A stretch of 64,000 nucleotides of DNA from Candidatus Tanganyikabacteria bacterium (GTDB lineage: Bacteria > Cyanobacteriota > Sericytochromatia > S15B-MN24 > VGJW01). Location of the stretch: the NCBI GenBank assembly GCA_016867235.1, contig VGJY01000003.1, positions 406 through 64,405 on the forward strand. Reading direction: 5' to 3'. Below the pieces are notes generated by a model. It was not told the DNA's origin and did no database searches. It saw only the letters and a list, made by a program, of their open reading frames with translations. A program made the translations under genes and the position numbers. This document shows, in pieces, positions 8,156 to 17,449 of this stretch (its first letter is position 1; the number at the start of each line of letters is the position of its first letter).

Positions 8156-10113
8156 TGGTGCCGGCTCCCCCGCGCGACCTCGCCGCTCTCGAGGCCGCGA
8201 TCGCCGGGGTCCTGGAAGCCGCGCGGGTCGCGCCGGGCTTCCGGTCGGCGCTGGCGGGCCACCTCGGACGTTACGCCGCTTTCAGCCTCGAACGACCGGA
8301 CTGGTACCCGGCCGGCATCCCGGGAGCGATCTGCTCCTCGTTCGGCTGCCCTCCCGAGAAGGGCGCCATGGTCGCGGCGGGCTGCATTGCCTACCATCTG
8401 GCCCTCGACGCCATGGACGACGTCCAGGATGGCGACCTGGCCCTGTGGCCCGACCAGTCGGGACCCGAGGTCCTGAATGCCGGCATCGCCTTGCACGTGG
8501 TGGCCCAGGAGGCCTTTCGCCTCGCCGGCTGCGGGCCCGCGTTCTTCGAACGGTATCACGCCCTAGCTCTCGAGACCGCGGCCGGCCAGTCGCTGGATCT
8601 CGCCTGGCGGCCCGGGCGGCTGGCCGAGACGCGGGAGGTCGACTACTTCCGTATCGTCTCGCTCAAGACCGGCGCGACCTTCGAGATCATTGCGCGGGCC
8701 GCCTGCGGCACGGCCGGCGCCGATCCGGCGGCGACCGAGGCCCTGGCCGCCTGGTCCCGCGAACTCGGTACCTACATGCAGGCACTCGGGGACAACGATG
8801 ACGCCGCGACCGAACCGAGCCCGGATCTGGCAAAGGGCAAGCCCAGCCTCCCCCTGATCTTCGCCTACGCGGACCTCGCGCCGGCAGAGCGGATCGCCCT
8901 GGCGAGCGCGCTCGCCGCCTATGCGGATCGGGACGCGGCGCGAGAGACGGTCCACCGGCAGTTGCGCGAGACCGATGCCATGGGCCGCGCTCGCGCCCGG
9001 GTGGCCGACATGGGCCGCCTGCTGGCCGCACGCCTGGACGACCTGGTCCCGGCCGAACACCGGGCCGCCTTCCGGCGGCTGATCTACCGGCTCGAAGACG
9101 GTATGCCCCCTCTGCCCGAGAAGAAGCCGGCCAAACCCGCCGAGCCCGACTGGTCGGAACTCGCGCCCCGCGGCGACCAGGCCGCCGCCGCCCTGCTCGC
9201 CGCGCCGACGTGCCCCGAGAGCTGGGACATCCACCGCTGGGGATTCTGCGGGCACCCCGAACTGGTGGGCGACGTATTCCCGGTCGCCCTGGTGGCGGCT
9301 GCCCTGCAGGCGTGCGGCCGCGACGCTTCCGCGGCCAGGATTCACCTCCTCGCGCGGGCAAACGCCGACGGCTGGCGCTACTTTCCCGAGATGCCCGAAC
9401 TTCCGCCCGACGCGGACGTACTCGGCCAGGTGCTCCAGGTGCTGGCGCCGGGCTCCGACCTGCCGGCGGTCGCGGCCGCGGCCTCGGCCCTGGTGGCGCA
9501 CATCGCTCCGTCCGGGGCGATCCCGACCTGGCTGGAGGGCGCCCCCGACCCCGCGGATTCACAGTGGGGGGGAAACGACTGCGTCGCGGCGATCGCCAAC
9601 GCCTATTACGGCCTGCTGCGCTTCGATGCGGCCCGGTACGCCGAGATCGTCCACGCCGGCCTGCCGCACCTGCTCGCCCACCTCGACCGGCATGGCGACT
9701 GGGAAAGCTTCTGGTACATCCCGGCCTATGCTCGCTACGCCGCGGCGCGCCTGCTGGCCGCCGCCGGGCGCGGGGACCTGCCGCCTTTCCTCGCGGCCGC
9801 CGTCTCGAGCGCCCTCGCCCGCACCCGCGACCGGGTCAAGGCCGAGACCCGCCCGGACGGCGCCTGGAACGGGCCCCAGGACACCGCGCTGGCCCTCCTG
9901 ACCCTGGCGGCCGCGGGCGACGAGGCGACCGATTTTCGCCCCGGGCTGCGCCTGCTGTGCGACTCGCAGCGCGGAGACGGCTACTGGCCGGCCTGGCCGC
10001 TGTACCTCATCCCTGCGCGGGACGGCGGCTACACCTGGTACGGCAGCAAGAGCGCGACGACCGCGTTCTGCCTCCGGGCCATCAGCCTTAACCTCGGCTT
10101 TACCTGGGCATAG
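8155..10113 (+). CDS. Fusion protein: N-terminal trans-isoprenyl (polyprenyl) diphosphate synthase domain plus C-terminal QW-motif alpha-alpha toroid (prenyltransferase / squalene-cyclase-like repeat) domain
   Basis: 652 aa. Asp-rich motifs LDAMDDVQDGD (FARM-like DDxxD) and GDNDD (SARM-like) in the N-terminal half. C-terminal half carries QxxxGxW-type motifs (QRGDGYW, RDGGYTW, HGDWESFW) but no class II DxDD motif. Confidence 0.8.
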   Translation: MVPAPPRDLAALEAAIAGVLEAARVAPGFRSALAGHLGRYAAFSLERPDWYPAGIPGAICSSFGCPPEKGAMVAAGCIAYHLALDAMDDVQDGDLALWPDQSGPEVLNAGIALHVVAQEAFRLAGCGPAFFERYHALALETAAGQSLDLAWRPGRLAETREVDYFRIVSLKTGATFEIIARAACGTAGADPAATEALAAWSRELGTYMQALGDNDDAATEPSPDLAKGKPSLPLIFAYADLAPAERIALASALAAYADRDAARETVHRQLRETDAMGRARARVADMGRLLAARLDDLVPAEHRAAFRRLIYRLEDGMPPLPEKKPAKPAEPDWSELAPRGDQAAAALLAAPTCPESWDIHRWGFCGHPELVGDVFPVALVAAALQACGRDASAARIHLLARANADGWRYFPEMPELPPDADVLGQVLQVLAPGSDLPAVAAAASALVAHIAPSGAIPTWLEGAPDPADSQWGGNDCVAAIANAYYGLLRFDAARYAEIVHAGLPHLLAHLDRHGDWESFWYIPAYARYAAARLLAAAGRGDLPPFLAAAVSSALARTRDRVKAETRPDGAWNGPQDTALALLTLAAAGDEATDFRPGLRLLCDSQRGDGYWPAWPLYLIPARDGGYTWYGSKSATTAFCLRAISLNLGFTWA

Positions 10114-10146
10114 CAAGGGCTTTCCTTCCTTAACCGATAGCCTCGT

Positions 10147-10728
10147 ATGCGAAAGATGCGTGGCGGGATCGGGTTCTTGGCCCTGGCGGCCGCCCTGCTG
10201 GCCGGTTGCGGGGCGGGGACGCCCTCGCTGGCGCAGGCGCCGGTCCGGTCCTACGGGGCGCTCGAAACCCGGGCCCCGAAGATCGACCGGTTCGCGAAGG
10301 TCAACGACGGCCTGTACCGCGGCGGGATGCCCGCCGACGGCCAGTTCCGCGAACTGCGCAAGCTGGGCATCCGCACCGACGTCTCGCTCCTGGGAGCCGG
10401 CCCGGCCAGCCAGCGGCAGGTGGTGGCCGCGGAACGCGAGGCCGCCGAGGCGGCCGGCCTGCGGTTCGTCAACGTCGTCGTGCCTTACGGGGAGCCGAGC
10501 CGGGCGCTCATCGACAAGTTCCTGCAGGTCGTGCAGGATCCTTCCAATCAGCCCGTCTACGTCCACTGCAAGCACGGCCGCGACCGCACCGGCACGATGA
10601 TCGCCCTGTACCGCATCGCGGTGGACGGCTACACGGGCCGGCAGGCCCTGGCCGAGATGGAGACCTTCGGCTTCGACCGCGACGAATATCCCTACTACGC
10701 CAAGACCGTGCTGAACTTCGGCCTCTAG
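10147..10728 (+). CDS. Lipoprotein protein-tyrosine/dual-specificity phosphatase
   Basis: Signal peptide with lipobox LLAGC. Catalytic P-loop HCKHGRDRTG (CX5R). Confidence 0.8.
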   Translation: MRKMRGGIGFLALAAALLAGCGAGTPSLAQAPVRSYGALETRAPKIDRFAKVNDGLYRGGMPADGQFRELRKLGIRTDVSLLGAGPASQRQVVAAEREAAEAAGLRFVNVVVPYGEPSRALIDKFLQVVQDPSNQPVYVHCKHGRDRTGTMIALYRIAVDGYTGRQALAEMETFGFDRDEYPYYAKTVLNFGL

Positions 10729-10764
10729 GAGCGCTCGGGTATAAGGTCCCCACAGGGGGGCGCC

Positions 10765-11355
10765 ATGACCACCGTCGACAACAAGAGCTTCGTCACCGGC
10801 CTGTACCGGGAAATCCTGGGCCGCAATCCCGAGAAGAGCGGGCTGGAGCACCATCTCAAGCTCCTCGACGGCGGCATGTCGCGCGAGGAGATGCGTGCCG
10901 CCATCATGGCGAGCAAGGAAAAGCAGCTCAAGGACGCCCGCGAGGCCGACAATGCCCCGCAGGCCAAGCCGCGCAAGGATCGGGCGCCCCGGCGCCGCGG
11001 CGACGGCTCCGACCTGCCTCTCCCGAAGGAGCCCGCCGGGCCCGGCAAGCCGGGAGTGGTGCGCGACGGCCCGGGCGGCTTCCTCTGGAAACCGGTCAGC
11101 GACAGCGACGGGAAACTGGCGGTGCTGCTGCCCGAGAAGCTCACCAACAACGCCAGGGCCGCCTACCTCGAGGGCCCGGACGGCACCAAGCTCGAAGACG
11201 GGCGCTACGCCGGCAACGGCAACGGCGGCCGCGAGCACTTCCGGTTCCGGAAGCAGGGCGGGGCGTACCCGCCGGGCACGACCGTGGTCGTGGTCACCCA
11301 GGACGGCACGACCGTGCGCTTCACGGTGAAGGACACGGGCGCGAGAAACGATTAG
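10765..11355 (+). CDS. DUF4214 domain protein
   Basis: N-terminus FVTGLYREILGRNPEKSGLEHHLKLLDGGMSREEMRAAIMASKE matches the DUF4214 pattern (F...LY..LGR.P...G...W...L..G.SR). Confidence 0.6.
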   Translation: MTTVDNKSFVTGLYREILGRNPEKSGLEHHLKLLDGGMSREEMRAAIMASKEKQLKDAREADNAPQAKPRKDRAPRRRGDGSDLPLPKEPAGPGKPGVVRDGPGGFLWKPVSDSDGKLAVLLPEKLTNNARAAYLEGPDGTKLEDGRYAGNGNGGREHFRFRKQGGAYPPGTTVVVVTQDGTTVRFTVKDTGARND

Positions 11356-11370
11356 CCGCCCGGCCCGAGC

Positions 11371-13065
11371 CTACAGCCTGAGCTCGGCCCGCAACGCGCT
11401 CAGTTTCGAGCCGAGTTCCTCGTCGGTCATGGCCTTGAAGCGCTCGGGCAGGAGCCGCCGGCTCGAACACTCGAAGACCGCCAGGAGCTCCATGAAGTCG
11501 ATCATCTTGCGGTTGCGATTCGGGACGAAGTCGGCGATGGCGTCGAGCAGATCCTCTTCGGTCATCTTGCGCGACCGCTCGGCGGCGAACTCGTCGGCCA
11601 GCAGCAGCAGGGCCTCTATCTCGGCGGCCGAGTAGCCGTCCGTGCGGGCGCACGCCTGCTCCCACGGGAAGGGCTCGCGGTCGATCCGATGCTTGCGGAC
11701 CTGCGCCTCGAAGATCAGTTGCCGCTCGGCCGCGGACTGCGGGAAGAAGAACGGGATCTTGCGATCGAACCGCCCGGGCCGCTTGAGGTCGATGTCCAGC
11801 TTGTCGGGCCGGTTGGACATCACCAGCCAGAGGATCTTGCCGCGGTGGCTGGTATCGCTCATGAACGCCTTGATCCGGGCGAAGACCCGCGACGAGACGC
11901 CCGAATCGCCATCCTCGCCGCCGAGCGCCCGGTCCACCTCGTCGATGATGATCATGACCGAGCCCAGGGCCCGCACGATGTTGAGAATCTTCTCGAGGTT
12001 GCCCTCGGTCGAGCCCACCCACTTGTCGCGGAAGTTCTTGAGCGCGAGGCAGGTCAGCCCCGAGTCGCGGGCGAACGCCTCGGCCACGTAGGTCTTGCCG
12101 GTGCCCATCGGGCCGACGAAGAAGATCCCCATCGGCACGTGGCGCCTGACGCCGTTCTTGATCGCCTCGGCCACGCGGGCGAGCTGGCCCTTGACGACCT
12201 CCATGCCCCCGACGACGTCGAGGCCGTGGTCGGGGTCGATCATTTCGACCAGGCCGAAGCACTCGTTCTCGATGATCTCCTTGCGCTTGGCCGCCAGCAT
12301 CGAGATGCTGACCGCCTCTCCCGACTTGGCCGACTGCCGGAGCACCCCCTCCAGCTGGATCAGGCGCAAGCCCGAGGAGAGGCGCGCGATGGCCTCCTCG
12401 GGAGCCTCCAGGCGCGCCGCCAGTTGCTGGGCGGTCTTGCGCAGGAAGGCCAGGCGCTCGTTCTCCCCCGGGAGAGAAAGGTCGATCGGCTGGATCTGCG
12501 GGCTGCGCACGATGGCCTTGTTGATTTCCGCGACGTTCTCCCCGATCAGGATGATGATGTTGTCCGAGGCCAACAGGTGCGGCTCGTTGGCCCAGCGCTC
12601 CAGCGTGATGAGACTGGTCCTGTCGTCGCCGCCGAGCATGGCCGGGTCGTTGGCCGGCACCAGGGCCTCGACGAAGTCGATCACCACCGCCACCCGCTGG
12701 CCGGGGATCGACAGGAACGCCTCGAGCAGCGGCAGGGCGCGCCGCGCGTCGCGGGGAAGTTCGGCCGGGACGGGGGGCAGGCCCAGGATGTTGTGCCGCA
12801 CGTTCAGCGCCGTGAGGAACTTCTCCTTCATCTGCGGCACCGCGAAAGTCAGGCCCTCGGAGATGTCGTAGTACACGACGACATCCTTGGTCTGCTTGAG
12901 GAGCGCCTCGTACAGGAACTTGTCCAGCCGGAGATACTCGCCGCGCCAGGCCACCAGATCGCGCACGTTGTTGTGCAGCAGGAACTGGATGGTCGTGCCG
13001 CTGAGGTAATGGTGGCGCAGTTTTTCGGCCCAGGCGGGCAGCGCGGCGGCGACTTCCAAGGTCAT
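11371..13065 (-). CDS. Classical-clade AAA ATPase (Vps4/FtsH/CDC48-type AAA module) with unknown ~300-aa N-terminal domain
   Basis: 564 aa. Walker A GPMGTGKT, Walker B IIIDEVD, second region of homology [21 protein letters not shown]. 9 bp downstream of the preceding membrane-protein gene. Confidence 0.85.
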   Translation of the reverse strand: MTLEVAAALPAWAEKLRHHYLSGTTIQFLLHNNVRDLVAWRGEYLRLDKFLYEALLKQTKDVVVYYDISEGLTFAVPQMKEKFLTALNVRHNILGLPPVPAELPRDARRALPLLEAFLSIPGQRVAVVIDFVEALVPANDPAMLGGDDRTSLITLERWANEPHLLASDNIIILIGENVAEINKAIVRSPQIQPIDLSLPGENERLAFLRKTAQQLAARLEAPEEAIARLSSGLRLIQLEGVLRQSAKSGEAVSISMLAAKRKEIIENECFGLVEMIDPDHGLDVVGGMEVVKGQLARVAEAIKNGVRRHVPMGIFFVGPMGTGKTYVAEAFARDSGLTCLALKNFRDKWVGSTEGNLEKILNIVRALGSVMIIIDEVDRALGGEDGDSGVSSRVFARIKAFMSDTSHRGKILWLVMSNRPDKLDIDLKRPGRFDRKIPFFFPQSAAERQLIFEAQVRKHRIDREPFPWEQACARTDGYSAAEIEALLLLADEFAAERSRKMTEEDLLDAIADFVPNRNRKMIDFMELLAVFECSSRRLLPERFKAMTDEELGSKLSALRAELRL

Positions 13066-13074
13066 CAGGCTCTC

Positions 13075-13905
13075 CTAGCGTTCGGCGGCCAGCATCTGGT
13101 CCGAGATGAGGGCGTTGGTCTCCTGCAGCACGGCCTCGGTCATCTCGACGCCCGAGACGATCTGGCCCAGATCGATGCCGAGCGCGCCCGGCGCCCGGAG
13201 CGAGACCATCTGGTCGTTGACGAGCTGGAATGTGTCCTCGATGACCTCGAGTTGCGCCTGCAGGTTGAGGTAGTCCCGCTGGATGGCCTCGATGCGCTCC
13301 AGCCGCTTCTCGAGGATGTCCAGGTTCTGGCGGGTGATGCGCTGCGTGTCGGTGTCGAGGTTGCGCTCCAGCCGGCCGCGCAAGTGGGCCACTTCCTTGA
13401 CGATGGCGTTCTCGTCGGTCTTGTTGAGATAGCGGCGATACCGCAGCCAGGTGACGAGGAGCCGCAGGAAGGCGTCGAGCAACGCATCCAGCTTGTCGAG
13501 TTCCTCGGCGAGCAGATCGTTGGCCACCGCTCCCGAGTCGCGGGCGCCCTGCCGGATGTCGTCGTACAGGCGGCGGACCTCCTGGTAGCGCGTCCCGAGT
13601 TCGGGCGTCAGCGCCGTGACCATGCGCTTGCGGTCGCGCTCTTTCTCGGCCTGCTGCCGCCGCGAGCGGCCGCGCAGCAGGCGTCGCTGGTAGCCGGGCA
13701 CGAAGGGCGCCCACAGCAGGTAGACCCCTTCGCAGGCGGCCACCGCGGCCAAGACCGCGCCATAGTGGTGCGGCACGGCGATGGCGGGGGCGAGCGCGAG
13801 CGGCAGGGCCGCGCAAGTGAGCACGGCAAGGTTGGCCCGCTCGAGGAAAGCGGCCTTGACTCCTTCCCAGTAGGTGGGACGCCTTACCAGAGGCCCGCTG
13901 GCCAT
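13075..13905 (-). CDS. Membrane protein with two N-terminal TM helices and a long coiled-coil
   Basis: 276 aa. Hydrophobic segments LAVLTCAALPLALAPAIAV / VLAAVAACEGVYLLWAPFV, then heptad-rich region. Sits between pspA and the AAA gene. Confidence 0.6.
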   Translation of the reverse strand: MASGPLVRRPTYWEGVKAAFLERANLAVLTCAALPLALAPAIAVPHHYGAVLAAVAACEGVYLLWAPFVPGYQRRLLRGRSRRQQAEKERDRKRMVTALTPELGTRYQEVRRLYDDIRQGARDSGAVANDLLAEELDKLDALLDAFLRLLVTWLRYRRYLNKTDENAIVKEVAHLRGRLERNLDTDTQRITRQNLDILEKRLERIEAIQRDYLNLQAQLEVIEDTFQLVNDQMVSLRAPGALGIDLGQIVSGVEMTEAVLQETNALISDQMLAAER

Positions 13906-13962
13906 CTAAACCCCTCGGGGACGTCGATCTCGGCCGCCTGCGTCGTCAAGCCGCCATCCGGG

Positions 13963-14703
13963 TCACATGGTCTTTTCGGTGCGCGCTTGCTGTGCCCCCA
14001 GGCTTTTATCGGCCTCGGCGGCCGGCTGGGACAGGCCTAGCTGGATCTTGTACTGCTCGAGTTCGGCCGCGGCGGCGCTGGTCTTGGCCAGGTCCTTGAT
14101 CTTGCGCATCTTGGACTCGACCGACTCGCTGCCGACCTCGCGGGCCAGATCGGCCTGCGCCTCGGTCTTCATGATGCTCTCGCGCACCTGATCGAGCGCC
14201 TTGACGTCCGCCTCGACCGACATGCCCGAGAGTTGCTCCTGGATCGTCAGGCGCGCCTTGGCGCTGTGAGCCCGGGCGACCATGCGGTCGCGCTCCTGCT
14301 TGAGCTTCTCTATCTCGGTCTGGAAGTTGAGGAGGTCCTGCTTGTGCTTCTCGGCATCCTCGGCGGTCTTGGTGAGCTCGGCCTGGATACGCTCGACTTC
14401 CTCGGTCAGCAGGTTCTTCTTCTCGATCAACTGGAGCGCCAGTTGCTCCTCGCCCTGCTGCACCGCCACCGGGATCTGCGTCATGATCTCCTTGAGACTG
14501 CCGCTCTTCTCGGTGAGCTCCTTTTCGAGCTTGTTGCGGAGGTAGACGATGCCCGAGACGGCCTTCATCAGCTTCTGATACTGATCCTGCCGGCTCTGGA
14601 TGGCGGATTCGTAGACGGCCTCCGGGTTGTCTTTCTCGAGGCCGCCGATGAAAAGGCCGAGAATACCCTTGAACAAGTTGGCCAACCTGGTCAGGAAGCC
14701 CAT
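13963..14703 (-). CDS. pspA: PspA/IM30/Vipp1 family protein (bacterial ESCRT-III-like)
   Basis: Protein from the internal ATG: MGFLTRLANLFKGILGLFIGGLEKDNPEAVYESAIQ..., the typical PspA N-terminal amphipathic helix and coiled-coil. GGGAGG RBS about 11 nt upstream of ATG 14703. About 246 aa including a C-terminal extension. Confidence 0.85.
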   Translation of the reverse strand: MGFLTRLANLFKGILGLFIGGLEKDNPEAVYESAIQSRQDQYQKLMKAVSGIVYLRNKLEKELTEKSGSLKEIMTQIPVAVQQGEEQLALQLIEKKNLLTEEVERIQAELTKTAEDAEKHKQDLLNFQTEIEKLKQERDRMVARAHSAKARLTIQEQLSGMSVEADVKALDQVRESIMKTEAQADLAREVGSESVESKMRKIKDLAKTSAAAAELEQYKIQLGLSQPAAEADKSLGAQQARTEKTM

Positions 14704-14804
14704 CTGTACGCTTACCTCCCTCCGGCGCCCCGGGCGCGGTCGGACCAATTATCTCACGCGCGTCTGTTAGGATCGGTATTCCCTGCCACACAGAGGAGCA
14801 ACGC

Positions 14805-16178
14805 ATGGGTGAGCCGATCGCGGCGCCTCGGGGCACGGCCGACATAGGTCCCCCGGACGGCGCCGTCTGGCACCTGGTCGAGGACGTGGCCCGGCGCAAC
14901 TGCTCGCGCCATGGTTTCGCCGAGATCAGGACCCCGCTCTTCGAGGCGACCGAGCTTTTCGCCCGAGGCATCGGCGCGGACACGGACATCGTGGGCAAGG
15001 AGATGTACACCTTCCGCGACCGGTCCGACCGCAGCCTCACGCTGCGCCCGGAAGGCACCGCCGGCGTCGTGCGGGCCTTCCTCGAACACAAGCTGTACGC
15101 CACCGCGCCCAGCCCGCTCAAGCTCTGGTACCAGGGACCGATGTTCCGCTACGAGCGGCCGCAGAAGGGCCGCCAGCGCCAGTTCTACCAGATCGGCGTC
15201 GAGGTCTTCGGATCGGCCGAGCCCGCTGCCGATGCCGAGGTCGTGGCCCTCGCCTACCAGTGCTACCAGGATATGGCGGCGGACCTCGCGTGCCGCGTCG
15301 CCGACCGCCTTGGAGCGGAGCGTGCCGCCGGCCTGCATGTACCGCCCGATCTGCGGGTGGAGCTCAACAGCCTTGGCGACCAGGCCTGTCGCCCCCGCTA
15401 CCGCGAGGCGTTGCAGGCCTATTTCCGCGACCGGGCCGCCGCCTACTGCGCCGACTGCGCCCGCCGGATGGAGACCAATCCCCTGCGCGTGCTCGACTGC
15501 AAGGTGCCGCCGTGCGTGGCGCTGAACGCGCAGGCGCCCGCTCTCGAACTCTGTGCCGACTGCTCGGCGCACTTCGCGGCGGTGAAGGACCTGCTGGCCG
15601 GCGCCGGCGTGCCGTTCTCGGTCAATCCGCGCATCGTTCGCGGGCTGGACTACTACACCCGCACCGTCTTCGAACTGGTGCCCGCCGACGCGCCGGCCGC
15701 CGGCCAGACGACGTTGTGCGCCGGCGGCCGTTACGACGGCCTGGTGGCCGAACTGGGCGGCCCGCCGACGCCCGCCGTGGGCTGGGCCCTCGGCGAGGAG
15801 CGCGCCGTGCAATGGTTGCTCGATCGAGCCGAACTCTCGGCGGCCGAACTCGCCCGCGTGGGCGCCCCGGCCACCGACGTCTTCGTGGCGCCGCTGGCTT
15901 CCGAGGCGGTGGCGGCGGCGTTCCGCCTGGTCCAGCATCTGCGGCGCGCCGGCCTCGCCGCCGACATGGCTTTCAAGGCCGCAAAGCCCGACAAGCACTT
16001 CAAGCAGGCCGAGCGCGCCGGCGCCCGCTTCATCGCCTTGCTCGGCCCGGACGAACTGGCCCGCCAGGAGATCGCCGTCAAGGATCTCGCCACGCGCACC
16101 CAGATCAACCTGCCGCTGGATGCCGAGATCATCGCCGCCCACGCGCGCGCCCCGGCGCGCGCCGCGCAGCTCACCTGA
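14805..16178 (+). CDS. hisS: Histidine--tRNA ligase
   Basis: 457 aa. Class II aaRS motifs and HisRS-specific segments (FRYERPQKGRQRQFYQIGVE, GGRYDGL). AGAGGAG RBS upstream. Confidence 0.9.
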   Translation: MGEPIAAPRGTADIGPPDGAVWHLVEDVARRNCSRHGFAEIRTPLFEATELFARGIGADTDIVGKEMYTFRDRSDRSLTLRPEGTAGVVRAFLEHKLYATAPSPLKLWYQGPMFRYERPQKGRQRQFYQIGVEVFGSAEPAADAEVVALAYQCYQDMAADLACRVADRLGAERAAGLHVPPDLRVELNSLGDQACRPRYREALQAYFRDRAAAYCADCARRMETNPLRVLDCKVPPCVALNAQAPALELCADCSAHFAAVKDLLAGAGVPFSVNPRIVRGLDYYTRTVFELVPADAPAAGQTTLCAGGRYDGLVAELGGPPTPAVGWALGEERAVQWLLDRAELSAAELARVGAPATDVFVAPLASEAVAAAFRLVQHLRRAGLAADMAFKAAKPDKHFKQAERAGARFIALLGPDELARQEIAVKDLATRTQINLPLDAEIIAAHARAPARAAQLT

Positions 16179-16414
16179 TGCCCGACTACTGGCTCGTCGA
16201 TCCGGAAGGGACGCGGCTGGCCCGCCTGATCGTCGGCCCCGAGAACCTCCAGGTCCTTTCCGACGACGCCCTGCACCAGAAAGCGACGGCCTGGCTGGCT
16301 CGCCGGCGGCAGACCGACCTGTGGCACGGGTGCGCCTCGATGGGCAGCTTCCTGCACGAATTCTCGCTATCGGCCGAAAACGCCAGCCTGCCCATCCAGG
16401 TGCGCTTCATCTAG
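16178..16414 (+). CDS. Possible small protein (78 aa) whose ATG overlaps the hisS stop (TGATG)
   Basis: MPDYWLVDPEGTRLARLIVGPENLQVLSDDALHQKATAWLARRRQTDLWHGCASMGSFLHEFSLSAENASLPIQVRFI. Balanced composition unlike the R/P/A-rich spurious ORFs. It is the tail of track ORF 15260..16414. No family recognised. Confidence 0.35.
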   Translation: MPDYWLVDPEGTRLARLIVGPENLQVLSDDALHQKATAWLARRRQTDLWHGCASMGSFLHEFSLSAENASLPIQVRFI

Positions 16415-17449
16415 TTGGTCTCGTCCGGCGGGACGAAGCGTCGGCCGGTGGAGCCGGCGACCATGGCTCCCATGAAAGTCCAGATCTGCTGGGACATCCC
16501 GGGGGGAGCCTGGCAGCGGCTCTTCGACGCGTCACCGGCCGCCTCGCCCTTCCACTCGCCGGCGTGGTATGCCGCCTGGCACGCCGAGACCGGCCAGGCG
16601 GTCGGCGCGGTCGGCTTCAAGTTCGGCGACGGGACGCGTGCGGCCCTCCCGCTGGCCCTGGAGCGGACATACCGGGGAGCGCTCCTCAGCGCGCGCTCGG
16701 GCGTGGCCGGCGGGTATGGGGGGCTCTTCGGTCCGCAGCCCCTCTCCGGACGGCACGTCCGTCTCGCATTCCAGGCCCTGGCCCGGAAGTTCCCCGATCT
16801 GGCGGTCCAGGCGTTCCCCCACCAGAGCTGGGACGGCGCCCCGCGCTGCCCCCTGACCGCCGTGACGCGGTCGCAGCGCGTGCGCCTTGCCCCGCGGGAA
16901 GTGCTGCGCAAGGGTTACTTCAAGAACCGCCGCCGGGACTCCCGCTTCGCGTTCGAGTTTGCCGTCGACTTCGGCCCCCTGGAGGGCGATCGCCTCGACG
17001 CCTTCCTGGCCCTGTACCGCGTGGCGACCGGCGCGTGGGCCCCCGATCGCCATGTCCGCGGCGAGGCCTTCTGGCGCGCGCTCGGCGAGCGTTTCACCGA
17101 CCTGGCGCTCGACCTCGCCTGGCAGCAGGGGGTGGTGGCGGCCGCCCGCGTCTTCGCCTGGCGCGGCGGCACGGCGTACGACCTGGCGCACGTGGTCGCG
17201 CCGCGCTTCCGCAACGGCGAGGCGGCCACGGCCGTGACCGAAGGGGCCCTGGTGTACGCCCACTCCCTGGGCCTCGCGTACTTCGACATGATGCCGTCGG
17301 ACGGCCAGGAGGGGGTCTTCCAGTTCAAGGCATCGTTCGGCGCCCAGCCGGTGCCGGTGCTGGAGTTCCGCCAACGGAGCCTGCTCGGCCGGCTCTACGA
17401 CCGCGGCCGAGCGTGGCTCGAACCGCGCGCGAGCCGATCGAGGATGTAG
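16415..17449 (+). CDS. GNAT-fold acyltransferase, FemAB/BioF2-like family (putative)
   Basis: 344 aa ORF; the likely true start is ATG 16463 (MAPMKVQICW). Weak family-level resemblance only. Confidence 0.5.
   Translation: MVSSGGTKRRPVEPATMAPMKVQICWDIPGGAWQRLFDASPAASPFHSPAWYAAWHAETGQAVGAVGFKFGDGTRAALPLALERTYRGALLSARSGVAGGYGGLFGPQPLSGRHVRLAFQALARKFPDLAVQAFPHQSWDGAPRCPLTAVTRSQRVRLAPREVLRKGYFKNRRRDSRFAFEFAVDFGPLEGDRLDAFLALYRVATGAWAPDRHVRGEAFWRALGERFTDLALDLAWQQGVVAAARVFAWRGGTAYDLAHVVAPRFRNGEAATAVTEGALVYAHSLGLAYFDMMPSDGQEGVFQFKASFGAQPVPVLEFRQRSLLGRLYDRGRAWLEPRASRSRM

Noticed and set aside
14704-14804. Sigma-54 (-24/-12) promoter upstream of pspA, as in enterobacterial psp operons
   Set aside because: The only TGGCA-like element (TGGCAGGGAATACC) lacks the TTGC(A/T) -12 element at correct spacing. 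No PspF-like activator gene is in the window.
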